From positions 134,974,001 to 135,038,000 of the forward strand of contig OZ024744.1 in assembly GCA_964016885.1 (NCBI GenBank): DNA of 64,000 bases. Reading direction: 5' to 3'. Every line of letters starts with the position of its first letter. Position 1 is the first letter of the stretch. The stretch comes from Eledone cirrhosa (Eukaryota). Under the pieces are notes generated by a model. The model was not told where the DNA came from. It ran no database searches and saw nothing but the letters and a program-made list of their open reading frames with translations. Shown here in pieces: positions 23,443 through 35,800 of this stretch. Both the position numbers and the translations under genes were made by a program.

Positions 23443-26400
23443 AGTCGGGGTTAAGTTAAGTTGGCGTTAAGTTAAGTTGGGGTTAATTAAGTGGTGGTTA
23501 TGTTAAGTTGGGGTTAAGTTAAGTTGGGGTTAATTTAAATTGGGGTTAAGTTAACTTTGTGGTTAAGTTAAGTTGGGGTTAAGTTAAGTTGGGGTAAAGT
23601 TGGGGTTGAGTTAAGTTGGGGTTGAGTGAAGTTGGGGTTAAGTTAAGTTGGGGTTAAGTTAAGTTGGGGTTAAGATAAGTCGGGGTTAAGTTAAGTTGTG
23701 GTTGAGTTAAGTTGGGGTTAATTTAAGTTGGGGCTAAGTTAATTTGTGGTTAAGTTAAGTTGGGGTTAAGTTAAGTTGGGGTTAAGTTAAGTTGGGGTTG
23801 AGTTAAGTTGGGGCTGAGTTAATTTGGGTTTAAGTTAAGTTGGGGTTAAGTTAAGTTCGGTTTAAGTTAAGTTGGGGTTAAATTAAGTTGGGGTTAAATT
23901 AATTTGGGGTTAAGTTAAGTTGGGGGTAAGTTAAGTTGGGGGCAAGTTAAGTTGGGGTTAATTTAAGTTGGGGTTAAATTAAGTTGGGGTTACGTTAAGT
24001 TGGTGTTAAGTTAAGTTGGGGTTAATTTAAGTTGGGGTTAATTAAGTTGGGGTTAAGTTAAGTTGGGGTTAAGTTAAGTTGGGGTTAATTTAAGTTGGGG
24101 TTGAGTTAAGTTGGGGTTAAGTTAAGTTGGGGTTATATTAAGTTGGGGTTAAGTTAAGTTGGGGTTCAGTTAAGTTGGGGTTAAGTTAAGTTGGGGTTAA
24201 GTTAAGTTGAGGTTAAGTTAAGTTGGGGTTAAGTTAAGTTGGTGTTAAGTTAAGTTGGGTCTAAGTTAAGTTGGGGCTGAGTTAAGTTGGGGCTGAGTTA
24301 AGTTGGGGCTAAGTTAAGTTGGGGTTGAGTTAAGTTGGGGTTAAGTTGGGGTTAAGTTAAGTTAGGTTTAAGTTAAGTTGGGGTTAAGTTAAGTTGGGGT
24401 TAAGTTAAGTTGGGGTTAAGTTAAGTTGGGGTTAAGTTAAGTTGGGGTTAAGTTAATTTGTGGTTAAGTTAAGTTGTGGTTAAGTTAAGTTGGGGTTAAG
24501 TTAAGCTGGGGTTAAGTTAAGTCGGGGTTAAGTTAAGTTGGGGTTAAGTTAAGTTGGGGTTAATTTAAGTTGGGGTTAAGTTAAGTTGGGGTTAAGTTAA
24601 GTTGGGGTTAAGTTAAGTCGGGGTTAAGTTAAGTTGGGGTTAAGTTAAGTTGGGGTTAATTTAAGTTGGGGTTAAGTTAAGTTGGGGTTAAGTTAAGTTG
24701 GGGTTAAGTTAAGTTGGGGTTAAGTTAAGTTGGGGATAATTTAAGTTGGGGTTAAGTTAAGTTTGAGTTTAAGTTAAGTTGGGGTTAAGTTAAGTTGGGG
24801 TTAAGTTAAGCTGGGGTTAAGTTAAGTTGGGGTTAAGTTAAGTTGGGGTTAATTTAAGTTGGGGTTAAGTTAAGTTGCGGGTAATTTAAGTTGGGGTTAA
24901 GTTAAGTTGGGGTTAAGTTAAGTTGGGGTTAAGTTAAGTTGGGGTTAAGTTAAGTTGGGGCTAATTTAAGTTGGGGCTGAGTTAAGTTGGGGTTAAGTTA
25001 AGTTGGGGTTAAGTTAAGTTGGGGTTAAGTTAAGTTGGGGTTTATTTAAGTTGGGGTTAAGTTAAGTTGGGGTTCAGTTAAGTTGGGGTTCAGTTAAGTT
25101 GGGGTTAAGTTAAGTTGGGGTTAAGATGGGGTTAAATTACGTTGGAGTTAAGTTAAGTTGGGGTTAAGTTAAGTTGGGGTTAAGTTAAGTTGGGGTTAAG
25201 TTAAGTCGGGGTTAATTTAAGTCGGGGTTAAGTTAAGTTAGTGTTCAGTTAAGTTGGGGTTAAGTTAAGTTGGGGTTGAGTTAAGTTGGGGTTGAGTTAA
25301 ATTGGGGTTGAGTTAAGTTGGGGTTGAGTTAAGTTGCAGTTAAGTTAAGTTGAGGTTAAGTTAAGTTGGGGTTAAGTTAAGTCGGGGTTAAGTTAAGTTG
25401 GGGTTAAGTTAAGTTGGGGTTAATTTAAGTTGGGGTTAAGTTATGTTGGGGTTAAGTTAAGTTGGGGTTAAGTTAAGTTGGGTTTAAGTTAAGTTGGGGT
25501 TAAGTTAAGTTGGGGTTGAGTTAAGTTGGGGCTGAGTTAAGTTGGGGTTAAGTTAAGTTGGGGTTAAGTTAAGTTGGGTTTAAGTTAAGTTGGGGTTAAG
25601 TTAAGTTGGGGTTGAGTTAAGTTGGGGTTAAGTTGGGGTTAAGTTAAGTTAGGTTTAAGTTAAGTTGGGGTTAAGTTAAGTTGGGGTTAAGTTAAGTTGT
25701 GGTTAAGTTAAGTTGGGGTTAAGTTAAGTTGGGGTTAAGTTAAGTCGGGGTTAAGTTAAGTTGGGGTTAAGTTAAGTTGGGGTTAATTTAAGTTGGGGTT
25801 AAGTTAAGTTGGGGTTAAGTTAAGTTGGGGTTAAGTTAATTGGGGTTAAGTTAAGTTGGGGTTAAGTTAAGTTGAGGTTAAGTTAAGTTGGGGTTAAATT
25901 AAGTTTGGGTTAAGTTAAGTTGGGGTTAAGTTAAGTTGGGGTTAAGTTAAGTTGGGGTAAGTTAATTTGGGAATAATTTAAGTTGGGGTTAAGTTAAGTT
26001 GGGTTTAAGTTAAGTTGGGGTTAAGTTAAGTTGGGGTTAACTTAAGTTGGGGTTAACTTAAGTTGGGGTTAAGTTAAGTTGGGGCTAAGTTAAGTTGGGG
26101 CTGAGTTAAGTTGGGGTTAAGTTAAGTTGGGGTTAAGTTAAGTTGGGGTTAAGTTAAGTTGGGGTTAATTTAAGTTGGGGTTAAGTTAAGTTGGGGTTCA
26201 GTTAAGTTGGGGTTAAGTTAAGTTGGGGTTAAGATGGGGTTAAATTACGTTGGAGTTAAGTTAAGTTGGGGTTAAGTTAAGTTGGGGTTAAGTTAAGTTG
26301 GGGTTAAGTTAAGTCGGGGTTAATTTAAGTCGGGGTTAAGTTAAGTTAGGGTTCAGTTAAGTTGGGGTTAAGTTAAGTTGGGGTTGAGTTAAGTTGGGGT

Positions 26401-26878
26401 TGAGTTAAATTGGGGTTGAGTTAAGTTGGGGTTGAGTTAAGTTGGTGTTTAGTTAAGTTGGGGTTAAGTTAAATTGAGGTTAAGTTAAGTTGCAGTTAAG
26501 TTAAGTTGAGGTTAAGTTAAGGTGCGGTTAAGTTAAGTTGGGGTTAAGTTAAGTTGGGGCTAAGTTAAGTTGGGGCTAAGTTAAGTTGGGGCTAAGTTAA
26601 GTTGGGGTTAAGTTAAGTTGGGGTTAAGTTAAGTCGGGGTTAAGTTAAGTTGGGGTTAAATTAAGTTGGGGTTAATTTAAGTTGGGGTTAAGTTAAGTTG
26701 GGGTTAAGTTAAGTTGGGTTTAAGTTAAGTTGGGGTTAAGTTAAGTTGGGGTTAAGTTAAGTTGGGGTTAAGTTAAGTTGGTTAGTTAAGTTGAGTTTAA
26801 GTTAAGTTGGGGTTAATTTAAGTTGGGGTTAAGTTAAGTTGGGGTTAAGTTAAGTTGGGGTTAAGTTAAGTTGGGGTT

Positions 26879-27053
26879 AACCCCAACTTAACTTAACCCC
26901 AACGTAACTCAACCCCAACGTAACTCAACCCCAACTTAACTTAACCCCAACTTCACTCAACCCCAACTTAACTTAACCCCAACTTCACTCAACCCCAACT
27001 TCCAACTTGACTTAACCCCAACTTAACTTAGCCCCAACTTAACTTAAGCCCAA
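26879..27053 (-). repeat. Inverted 175-bp satellite block, copy 10
   Basis: Same junctions. The second monomer reads AACGTAACTC (a duplicate of the third) instead of AACTTCACTC. Confidence 0.97.
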
Positions 27054-28749
27054 AGTCGGGGTTAAGTTAAGTTGGCGTTAAGTTAAGTTGGCGTTAAGTT
27101 AAGTTAGGCTTAACTTAAGTTGGGGTTCAGTTAAGTTGGGGGTAAGTTAAGTTGGGGGTAAGTTAAGTTGGGGGTAAGTTAAGTTGGGGTTAAGTTAAGT
27201 TGCGGTTAAGTTGGGGTTAAGTTAAGTTAGGGTTAAGTTAAGTTGGGGTTGAGTTAAGTTGGGGTTAATTAAGTGGTGGTTATGTTAAGTTGGGGTTAAG
27301 TTAAGTTGGGGTTAATTTAAATTGGGGTTAAGTTAACTTTGTGGTTAAGTTAAGTTGGGGTTGAGTGAAGTTGGGGTTAAGTTAAGTTGGGGTTAAGTTA
27401 AGTTGGGGTTAAGATAAGTCGGGGTTAAGTTAAGTTGTGGTTGAGTTAAGTTGGGGTTAATTTAAGTTGGGGCTAAGTTAATTTGTGGTTAAGTTAAGTT
27501 GGGGTTAAGTTAAGTTGGGGTTAAGTTAAGTTGGGGTTGAGTTAAGTTGGGGTTGAGTTAATTTGGGGTTAAGTTAAGTTGGGGTTAAGTTAAGTTGGGG
27601 TTAAGTTAAGTCGGGGTTAAGTTAAGTTGGGGTTAAGTTAAGTTGGGGTTAATTAAGTTGGGGTTAAGTTAAGTTGGGGTTAAGTTAAGTTGGGGTTAAT
27701 TTAAGTTGGGGTTGAGTTAAGTTGGGGTTGAGTTAAATTGGGGTTGAGTTAAGTTGGGGTTGAGTTAAGTTGGTGTTGAGTTAAGTTGGGGTTAAGTTAA
27801 GTTGGGGTTAAATTAAGTTGGGGTTAAATTAAGTTGGGGTTAAGTTAAGTTGGGGGTAAGTTAAGTTGGGGGCAAGTTAAGTTGGGGTTAATTTAAGTTG
27901 GGGTTAAATTAAGTTGGGGTTACGTTAAGTTGGTGCTAAGTTAAGTTGGGGTTAATTTAAGTTGGGGTTAATTAAGTTGGGGTTAAGTTAAGTTGGGGTT
28001 AAGTTAAGTTGGGGTTAATTTAAGTTGGGGTTGAGTTAAGTTGGGGTTAAGTTAATTTGGGGTTATATTAAGTTGGGGTTAAGTTAAGTTGGGGTTCAGT
28101 TAAGTTGGGGTTAAGTTAACTTGGGGTTAAGTTAAGTTGAGGTTAAGTTAAGTTGGGGTTAAGTTAAGTTGGGGTTAAGTTAAGTTGGGGTTAAGTTAAG
28201 TTGGGGTTAAGTTAAGTTGGGGTTAAGTTAATTTGTGGTTAAGTTAAGTTGTGGTTAAGTTAAGTTGGGGTTAAGTTAAGTTGGGGTTAATTTAAGTTGG
28301 GGTTAAGTTAAGTTGGGGTTAAGTTAAGTTGGGGTTAAGTTAAGTTGGGGTTAAGTTAAGTTGGGGATAATTTAAGTTGGGGTTAAGTTAAGTTTGAGTT
28401 TAAGTTAAGTTGGGGTTAAGTTAAGTTGGGGTTAAGTTAAGTTGGGGTTAAGTTAAGTTGGGGTTAAGTTAAGTTGGGGTTACGTTAAGTTGGTGTTAAT
28501 TTAAGTTGGGGTTAATTAAGTTGGGGTTAAGTTAAGTTGGGGTTACGTTAAGTTGGTGTTAATTTAAGTTGGGGTTAATTAAGTTGGGGTTAAGTTAAGT
28601 TGGGGTTAATTTAAGTTGGGGTTGAGTTAAGTTGGGGTTAAGTTAAGTTGGGGTTAAGTTAAGTTGGGGTTAAGTTAAGTTGGGGTTAAGTTAAGTTGGG
28701 GTTAAATTAAGTTGGGGTTAAGTTAAGTTGGGGTTAAGTTAAGTTGGGG

Positions 28750-31700
28750 TTAAGTTAAGTTGGGGATAATTTAAGTTGGGGTTAAGTTAAGTTTGAGTTT
28801 AAGTTAAGTTGGGGTTAAGTTAAGTTGGGGTTAAGTTAAGTTGGTTAGTTAAGTTGAGTTTAAGTTAAGTTGGGGTTAATTTAAGTTGGCGTTAAGTTAA
28901 GCTGGGGTTAAGTTAAGTTGGGGTTAAGTTAAGTTGGGGATAATTTAAGTTGGGGTTAAGTTAAGTTGCGGGTAATTTAAGTTGGGGTTAAGTTAAGTTG
29001 GGGTTAAGTTAAGTTGGGGTTAAGTTAAGTTGGGGTTAAGTTAAGTTGGGGTTAAGTTAAGTTGGGGCTAATTTAAGTTGGGGCTGAGTTAAGTTGGGGT
29101 TAAGTTAAGTTGGGGTTAAGTTAAGTTGGGGTTAAGTTAAGTTGGGGTTAAGTTAAGTTGGGGTTTATTTAAGTTGGGGTTAAGTTAAGTTGGGGTTCAG
29201 TTAAGTTGGGGTTCAGTTAAGTTGGGGTTAAGTTAAGTTGGGGTTAAGATGGGGTTAAATTACGTTGGAGTTAAGTTAAGTTGGGGTTAAGTTAAGTTGG
29301 GGTTAAGTTAAGTTGGGGTTAAGTTAAGTCGGGGTTAATTTAAGTCGGGGTTAAGTTAAGTTAGGGTTCAGTTAAGTTGGGGTTAAGTTAAGTTGGGGTT
29401 GAGTTAAGTTGGGGTTGAGTTAAATTGGGGTTGAGTTAAGTTGGGGTTGAGTTAAGTTGCAGTTAATTTAAGTTGAGGTTAAGTTAAGGTGCGGTTAAGT
29501 TAAGTTGGGCTTAAGTTAAGTTGGGGCTAAGTTAAGTTGGGGCTCAGTTAAGTTGGGGCTAAGTTAAGTTGGGGTTAAGTTAAGTTGGGGTTAAGTTAAG
29601 TCGGGGTTAAGTTAAGTTGGGGTTAAGTTAAGTTGGGGTTAATTTAAGTTGGGGTTAAGTTATGTTGGGGTTAAGTTAAGTTGGGGTTAAGTTAAGTTGG
29701 GTTTAAGTTAAGTTGGGGTTAAGTTAAGTTGGGGTTGAGTTAAGTTGGGGCTGAGTTAATTTGGGGTTAAGTTAAGTTGGGGTTAAGTTAAGTTGGGTTT
29801 AAGTTAAGTTGGGGTTAAGTTAAGTTGGGGTTGAGTTAAGTTGGGGTTAAGTTGGGGTTAAGTTAAGTTAGGTTTAAGTTAAGTTGGGGTTAAGTTAAGT
29901 TGGGGTTAAGTTAAGTTGTGGTTAAGTTAAGTTGGGGTTAAGTTAAGTCGGGGTTAAGTTAAGTTGGGGTTAAGTTAAGTTGGGGTTAAGTTAATTGGGG
30001 TTAAGTTAAGTTGGGGTTAAGTTAAGTTGAGGTTAAGTTAAGTTGGGGTTAAATTAAGTTTGGGTTAAGTTAAGTTGGGGTTAAGTTAAGTTGGGGTTAA
30101 GTTAAGTTGGGGTAAGTTAAGTTGGGGATAATTTAAGTTGGGGTTAAGTTAAGTTGGGTTTAAGTTAAGTTGGGGTTAAGTTAAGTTGGGGTTAAGTTAA
30201 GTTGGGGTTAAGTTAAGTTGGGGTTAATTTAAGTTGGGGTTAAGTTAAGTTGGGGTTAAGTTAAGTTGGGGTTAAGTTAAGTTGGGGTTAAGTTAAGTTG
30301 GGGTTAAGTTAAGTTGGGGTTAAGTTAAGTTGGGGTTAAGTTAAGTTGGGGTTAAGTTAAGTTGGGGATAATTTAAGTTGGGGTTAAGTTAAGTTTGAGT
30401 TTAAGTTAAGTTGGGGTTAAGTTAAGTTGGGGTTAAGTTAAGTTGGTTAGTTAAGTTGAGTTTAAGTTAAGTTGGGGTTAATTTAAGTTGGCGTTAAGTT
30501 AAGCTGGGGTTAAGTTAAGTTGGGGTTAAGTTAAGTTGGGGTTAATTTAAGTTGGGGTTAAGTTAAGTTGCGGGTAATTTAAGTTGGGGTTAAGTTAAGT
30601 TGGGGTTAAGTTAAGTTGGGGTTAAGTTAAGTTGGGGTTAAGTTAAGTTGGGGTTAAGTTAAGTTGGGGCTAATTTAAGTTGGGGCTGAGTTAAGTTGGG
30701 GTTAAGTTAAGTTGGGGTTAAGTTAAGTTGGGGTTAAGTTAAGTTGGGGTTAAGTTAAGTTGGGGTTTATTTAAGTTGGGGTTAAGTTAAGTTGGGGTTC
30801 AGTTAAGTTGGGGTTCAGTTAAGTTGGGGTTAAGTTAAGTTGGGGTTAAGATGGGGTTAAATTACGTTGGAGTTAAGTTAAGTTGGGGTTAAGTTAAGTT
30901 GGGGTTAAGTTAAGTTGGGGTTAAGTTAAGTCGGGGTTAATTTAAGTCGGGGTTAAGTTAAGTTAGGGTTCAGTTAAGTTGGGGTTAAGTTAAGTTGGGG
31001 TTGAGTTAAGTTGGGGTTGAGTTAAATTGGGGTTGAGTTAAGTTGGGGTTGAGTTAAGTTGCAGTTAATTTAAGTTGAGGTTAAGTTAAGGTGCGGTTAA
31101 GTTAAGTTGGGCTTAAGTTAAGTTGGGGCTAAGTTAAGTTGGGGCTCAGTTAAGTTGGGGCTAAGTTAAGTTGGGGTTAAGTTAAGTTGGGGTTAAGTTA
31201 AGTCGGGGTTAAGTTAAGTTGGGGTTAAGTTAAGTTGGGGTTAATTTAAGTTGGGGTTAAGTTATGTTGGGGTTAAGTTAAGTTGGGGTTAAGTTAAGTT
31301 GGGTTTAAGTTAAGTTGGGGTTAAGTTAAGTTGGGGTTGAGTTAAGTTGGGGCTGAGTTAATTTGGGGTTAAGTTAAGTTGGGGTTAATTTAAGTTGGGT
31401 TTAAGTTAAGTTGGGGTTAAGTTAAGTTGGGGTTGAGTTAAGTTGGGGTTAAGTTGGGGTTAAGTTAAGTTAGGTTTAAGTTAAGTTGGGGTTAAGTTAA
31501 GTCGGGGTTAAGTTAAGTTGGGGTTAAGTTAAGTTGGGGTTAATTTAAGTTGGGGTTAAGTTAAGTTGGGGTTAAGTTAAGTTGGGGTTAAGTTAATTGG
31601 GGTTAAGTTAAGTTGGGGTTAAGTTAAGTTGAGGTTAAGTTAAGTTGGGGTTAAATTAAGTTTGGGTTAAGTTAAGTTGGGGTTAAGTTAAGTTGGGGTT

Positions 31701-31900
31701 AAGTTAAGTTGGGGTAAGTTAAGTTGGGGATAATTTAAGTTGGGGTTAAGTTAAGTTGGGTTTAAGTTAAGTTGGGGTTAAGTTAAGTTGGGGTTAAGTT
31801 AAGTTGGGGTTAAGTTAAGTTGGGGTTAAGTTAAGTTGGGGCTGAGTTAAGTTGGGGCTGAGTTAAGTTGGGGTTAAGTTAAGTTGGGGTTAAGTTAAGT
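28750..31900 (+). repeat. Tandem duplication with 1,602-bp offset
   Basis: TTGGCGTTAAGTTAAGCTGGGG at 28886/30488 and TTACGTTGGAG at 29260/30862. Ends are approximate. Confidence 0.75.
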
Positions 31901-32635
31901 TGGGGTTAAGTTAAGTTGGGGTTAATTTAAGTTGGGGTTAAGTTAAGTTGGGGTTCAGTTAAGTTGGGGTTCAGTTAAGTTGGGGTTAAGTTAAGTTGGG
32001 GTTAAGATGGGGTTAAATTACGTTGGAGTTAAGTTAAGTTGGGGTTAAGTTAAGTTGGGTTTAAGTTAAGTTGGGGTTAAGTTAAGTCGGGGTTAATTTA
32101 AGTCGGGGTTAAGTTAAGTTAGGGTTCAGTTAAGTTGGGGTTAAGTTAAGTTGGGGTTGAGTTAAGTTGGGGTTGAGTTAAATTGGGGTTGAGTTAAGTT
32201 GGGGTTGAGTTAAGTTGGTGTTGAGTTAAGTTGGGGTTAAGTTAAATTGAGGTTAAGTTAAGTTGCAGTTAAGTTAAGTTGAGGTTAAGTTAAGGTGCGG
32301 TTAAGTTAAGTTGGGGTTAAGTTAAGTTGGGGCTAAGTTAAGTTGGGGCTAAGTTAAGTTGGGGCTAAGTTAAGTTGGGGTTAAGTTAAGTTGGGGTTAA
32401 GTTAAGTCGGGGTTAAGTTAAGTTGGGGTTAAGTTAAGTTGGGGTTAATTTAAGTTGGGGTTAAGTTAAGTTGGGGTTAAGTTAAGTTGGGTTTAAGTTA
32501 AGTTGGGGTTAAGTTAAGTTGGGGTTAAGTTAAGTTGGTTAGTTAAGTTGAGTTTAAGTTAAGTTGGGGTTAATTTAAGTTGGGGTTAAGTTAAGTTGGG
32601 GTTAAGTTAAGTTGGGGTTAAGTTAAGTTGGGGTT

Positions 32636-32810
32636 AACCCCAACTTAACTTAACCCCAACTTCACTCAACCCCAACGTAACTCAACCCCAACTTAACTTA
32701 ACCCCAACTTCACTCAACCCCAACTTAACTTAACCCCAACTTCACTCAACCCCAACTTCCAACTTGACTTAACCCCAACTTAACTTAGCCCCAACTTAAC
32801 TTAAGACCAA
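32636..32810 (-). repeat. Inverted 175-bp satellite block, copy 11 (last in window)
   Basis: Same left junction. Ends AAGACCAA (private variant). Confidence 0.97.
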
Positions 32811-35800
32811 AGTCGGGGTTAAGTTAAGTTGGCGTTAAGTTAAGTTGGCGTTAAGTTAAGTTAGGCTTAACTTAAGTTGGGGTTCAGTTAAGTTGGGGGT
32901 AAGTTAAGTTGGGGGTAAGTTAAGTTGGGGTTAAGTTAAGTTGGGGTTAAGTTAAGGTGGGGTTAAGTTAAGTCGGGGTTAAGTTAAGTTGGGGTTAATT
33001 TAAGTTGGGGTTAAGTTAAGTTGGGGTTAAGTTAAGTTGGGGTTAAGTTAAGTCGGGGTTAAGTTAAGTTGGGGTTAAGTTAAGTTGGGGTTAATTTAAG
33101 TTGGGGTTAAGTTAAGTTGGGGTTAAGTTAAGTTGGGGTTAAGTTAAGTTGGGGTTAAGTTAAGTTGGGGATAATTTAAGTTGGGGTTAAGTTAAGTTTG
33201 AGTTTAAGTTAAGTTGGGGTTAAGTTAAGTTGGGGTTAAGTTAAGTTGGTTAGTTAAGTTGAGTTTAAGTTAAGTTGGGGTTAATTTAAGTTGGGGTTAA
33301 GTTAAGCTGGGGTTAAGTTAAGTTGGGGTTAAGTTAAGTTGGGGTTAATTTAAGTTGGGGTTAAGTTAAGTTGCGGGTAATTTAAGTTGGGGTTAAGTTA
33401 AGTTGGGGTTAAGTTAAGTTGGGGTTAAGTTAAGTTGGGGTTAAGTTAAGTTGGGGTTAAGTTAAGTTGGGGCTAATTTAAGTTGGGGCTGAGTTAAGTT
33501 GGGGTTAAGTTAAGTTGGGGTTAAGTTAAGTTGGGGTTAAGTTAAGTTGGGGTTAAGTTAAGTTGGGGTTTATTTAAGTTGGGGTTAAGTTAAGTTGGGG
33601 TTCAGTTAAGTTGGGGTTCAGTTAAGTTGGGGTTAAGTTAAGTTCGGGTTAAGATGGGGTTAAATTACGTTGGAGTTAAGTTAAGTTGGGGTTAAGTTAA
33701 GTTGGGGTTAAGTTAAGTTGGGGTTAAGTTAAGTCGGGGTTAATTTAAGTCGGGGTTAAGTTAAGTTAGGGTTCAGTTAAGTTGGGGTTAAGTTAAGTTG
33801 GGGTTGAGTTAAGTTGGGGTTGAGTTAAATTGGGGTTGAGTTAAGTTGGGGTTGAGTTAAGTTGCAGTTAAGTTAAGTTGAGGTTAAGTTAAGGTGCGGT
33901 TAAGTTAAGTTGGGCTTAAGTTAAGTTGGGGCTAAGTTAAGTTGGGGCTCAGTTAAGTTGGGGCTAAGTTAAGTTGGGGTTAAGTTAAGTTGGGGTTAAG
34001 TTAAGTCGGGGTTAAGTTAAGTTGGGGTTAAGTTAAGTTGGGGTTAATTTAAGTTGGGGTTAAGTTATGTTGGGGTTAAGTTAAGTTGGGGTTAAGTTAA
34101 GTTGGGTTTAAGTTAAGTTGGGGTTAAGTTAAGTTGGGGTTGAGTTAAGTTGGGGCTGAGTTAATTTGGGGTTAAGTTAAGTTGGGGTTAAGTTAAGTTG
34201 GGTTTAAGTTAAGTTGGGGTTAAGTTAAGTTGGGGTTGAGTTAAGTTGGGGTTAAGTTGGGGTTAAGTTAAGTTAGGTTTAAGTTAAGTTGGGGTTAAGT
34301 TAAGTTGGGGTTAAGTTAAGTTGTGGTTAAGTTAAGTTGGGGTTAAGTTAAGTTGGGGTTAAGTTAAGTCGGGGTTAAGTTAAGTTGGGGTTAAGTTAAG
34401 TTGGGGTTAATTTAAGTTGGGGTTAAGTTAAGTTGGGGTTAAGTTAAGTTGGGGTTAAGTTAATTGGGGTTAAGTTAAGTTGGGGTTAAGTTAAGTTGAG
34501 GTTAAGTTAAGTTGGGGTTAAATTAAGTTTGGGTTAAGTTAAGTTTGGGTTAAGTTAAGTTGGGGTTAAGTTAAGTTGGGGTTAATTTAAGTTGGGGTTA
34601 AGTTAAGCTGGGGTTAAGTTAAGTTGGGGTTAAGTTAAGTTGGGGTTAAGTTAAGTTGGGGTTAAGTTAAGTTGCGGGTAATTTAAGTTGGGGTTAAGTT
34701 AAGTTGGGGTTAAGTTAAGTTGGGGTTAAGTTAAGTTGGGGTTAAGTTAAGTTGGGGCTGAGTTAAGTTGGGGTTAAGTTAAGTTGGGGTTAAGTTAAGT
34801 TGGGGTTAAGTTAAGTTGGGGTTAAGTTAAGTTGGGGTTTATTTAAGTTGGGGTTAAGTTAAGTTGGGGTTCAGTTAAGTTGGGGTTCAGTTAAGTTGGG
34901 GTTAAGTTAAGTTGGGGTTAAGATGGGGTTAAATTACGTTGGAGTTAAGTTAAGTTGGGGTTAAGTTAAGTTGGGGTTAAGTTAAGTTGGGGTTAAGTTA
35001 AGTCGGGGTTAATTTAAGTCGGGGTTAAGTTAAGTTAGGGTTCAGTTAAGTTGGGGTTAAGTTAAGTTGGGGTTGAGTTAAGTTGGGGTTGAGTTAAATT
35101 GGGGTTGAGTTAAGTTGTGGTTGAGTTAAGTTGCAGTTAAGTTAAGTTGAGGTTAAGTTAAGTTGGGGTAAGTTAAGTTGGGGATAATTTAAGTTGGGGT
35201 TAAGTTAAGTTGGGTTTAAGTTAAGTTGGGGTTAAGTTAAGTTGGGGTTAAGTTAAGTTGGGGTTAAGTTAAGTTGGGGTTAAGTTAAGTTGGGGCTAAG
35301 TTAAGTTGGGGCTGAGTTAAGTTGGGGTTAAGTTAAGTTGGGGTTAAGTTAAGTTGGGGTTAAGTTAAGTTGGGGTTAATTTAAGTTGGGGTTAAGTTAA
35401 GTTGGGGTTCAGTTAAGTTGGGGTTCAGTTAAGTTGGGGTTAAGTTAAGTTGGGGTTAAGATGGGGTTAAATTACGTTGGAGTTAAGTTAAGTTGGGGTT
35501 AAGTTAAGTTGGGGTTAAGTTAAGTTGGGGTTAAGTTAAGTCGGGGTTAATTTAAGTTGGGGTTGAGTTAAATTGGGGTTGAGTTAAGTTGGGGTTGAGT
35601 TAAGTTGGTGTTGAGTTAAGTTGGGGTTAAGTTAAATTGAGGTTAAGTTAAGTTGCAGTTAAGTTAAGTTGAGGTTAAGTTAAGGTGCGGTTAAGTTAAG
35701 TTGGGGTTAAGTTAAGTTGGGGCTAAGTTAAGTTGGGGCTAAGTTAAGTTGGGGCTAAGTTAAGTTGGGGTTAAGTTAAGTTGGGGTTAAGTTAAGTCGG

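Larger units (their letters stand above)
1..24800 (+). repeat. Satellite sub-domain Ia: higher-order repeat units of mostly ~2.4-3.4 kb, each carrying one inverted 175-bp block
   Basis: Ordered series of variants recur in each unit (GGCG,GGCG,TAGGCTTAAC; GTGGTGGTTATG; AACTTTGTGG; GAGTGAAG; TTACG-GGTG; TTATATT; GGTTAGTTAAGTTGAGTT). Start-to-start spacings of the inversions are 2613, 2444, 2737, 3358, 2589, 2737, 2719 and 1206 bp. The right boundary is approximate. Confidence 0.85.

Noticed and set aside
2865-32810. CRISPR-like array (conserved block separated by spacers)
   Set aside because: The blocks are 175 bp, the intervening DNA is kilobases of the same satellite rather than unique spacers, and there are no cas genes or leader.
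2865-32810. Inversions as sequencing fold-back chimeras
   Set aside because: Fixed length, identical junctions, internal variants that do not mirror the adjacent flank, and heritable sub-types (A/B/C) are not expected from random read artefacts. Read-level confirmation is still advisable.
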